DNA from: an uncultured Atribacterota bacterium
Lineage (GTDB): Bacteria; Atribacterota; Phoenicimicrobiia; Phoenicimicrobiales; Stramentimicrobiaceae
Reading direction: 5' to 3'
DNA length: 64,000 bases
NCBI GenBank assembly: GCA_964586485.1
Contig: CAZPII010000001.1
Span: 2,334-66,333, forward strand
Position numbers and translations under genes: made by a program. The notes under the pieces are model-generated. The model ran no database searches. It worked only from the letters and a program-made list of their open reading frames with translations, and was not told where the DNA came from. Numbering within the stretch: the first letter of the stretch is position 1; the number at the start of each line of letters is the position of its first letter. Shown here piece by piece: positions 63,525-64,000 of the stretch.

Positions 63525-64000
63525 ATGGCAAAAACTAAAGGTAAATCAAAGACTAAAACTAAAACACCAAAATTAGAAATTATGCAACATTCTTATGAAA
63601 CTTTATCTGGCGTTCCATTTAAAACCAGATCAAGAAAAGAAGAGAAAATTTTTTCAGAGTTAAAAACGGCACTTAATGAATTAGTATCAAAAATAGCAAG
63701 TGAAAATACATTAAATGGCGAAGCTATTTCAAAATACAAATGTCCGATGTGCGATAATGTGGGCATAGATACATTCACTTGTATTTATTGCGGTTTTAAA
63801 TTTAATGAAAAAGATTTAAGTGATCTTACTTGTACTTTGGAAGAGTTTTCTGAGCAATTAAAATCAAAGTCTAAATCAAAGTCTAAAACTAAATCTAAGG
63901 TTGCAGATTTACCTGAAGATGAAGACGATGATGAAGACGATGATGAAGACGATGATGAATTAGAAGACGATGATGAATTAGAAGATGAAGAAGATGAAGA
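63525..64000 (+). CDS. partial CDS: zinc-ribbon protein with Lys/Ser/Thr repeats and a poly-acidic tail (runs off the window)
   Basis: ATG 63525 lies 6 nt after AAGGAG. My translation: MAKTKGKSKTKTKTP...KCPMCDN...CIYCGF...KSKSKSKSKTKSKVADLPEDEDDDEDDDEDDDELEDDDELEDEEDE. It is absent from the ORF track because no stop lies in the window. Confidence 0.6.
   Translation, partial: MAKTKGKSKTKTKTPKLEIMQHSYETLSGVPFKTRSRKEEKIFSELKTALNELVSKIASENTLNGEAISKYKCPMCDNVGIDTFTCIYCGFKFNEKDLSDLTCTLEEFSEQLKSKSKSKSKTKSKVADLPEDEDDDEDDDEDDDELEDDDELEDEEDE

Noticed and set aside
57439-63778. Nested minus-strand ORFs 57439, 62579 and 63593
   Set aside because: They lie inside the helicase gene, the primase gene and the partial zinc-ribbon/acidic CDS respectively.

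Overview
The window is visibly AT-rich (GC not computed), densely coding and almost entirely transcribed on the + strand. It reads as a large segment of a contractile-tailed (myovirus-like) dsDNA phage or prophage. Layout: (1) 1-650, a non-coding leader with tandem and direct repeats. (2) About 0.66-12 kb, roughly 35 small early-type ORFs with few recognisable domains: HTH proteins, DUF2958-like, ParB/DUF262-like, P-loop kinase, KTSC, zinc ribbons, plus a single minus-strand gene. (3) 12.1-55.7 kb, a late structural and lysis block. It encodes an XkdF-like protease, scaffold, major capsid protein, connector proteins, sheath, gp19-type tube, chaperone, tape measure, LysM protein, hub with M23 peptidase, spike, gp25-like, gpJ-like and gpI-like baseplate proteins. 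About 21 kb of fibre, beta-helix and LamG proteins follow, with a patatin-like phospholipase embedded among them, and then an M15 peptidase. (4) 56-64 kb, a replication block: Vsr/DUF559-like nuclease, SF2 helicase, DnaC-like loader, a 630-bp structured intergenic region, DnaB-like helicase, DnaG-like primase, a sigma-like protein and a partial zinc-ribbon/acidic protein. No portal, terminase, integrase, DNA polymerase, tRNA or CRISPR array was seen. The points most worth follow-up are the patatin gene coupled into the fibre operon, a 0/3/1 LamG-insertion series in three paralogous fibre genes, and a roughly 90-aa module shared by the capsid protein and two fibre proteins. Two apparent frameshift/recoding sites and a candidate origin plus small-RNA locus upstream of the replicative helicase also merit checking. 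All family assignments rest on motifs read by eye, not on database searches.
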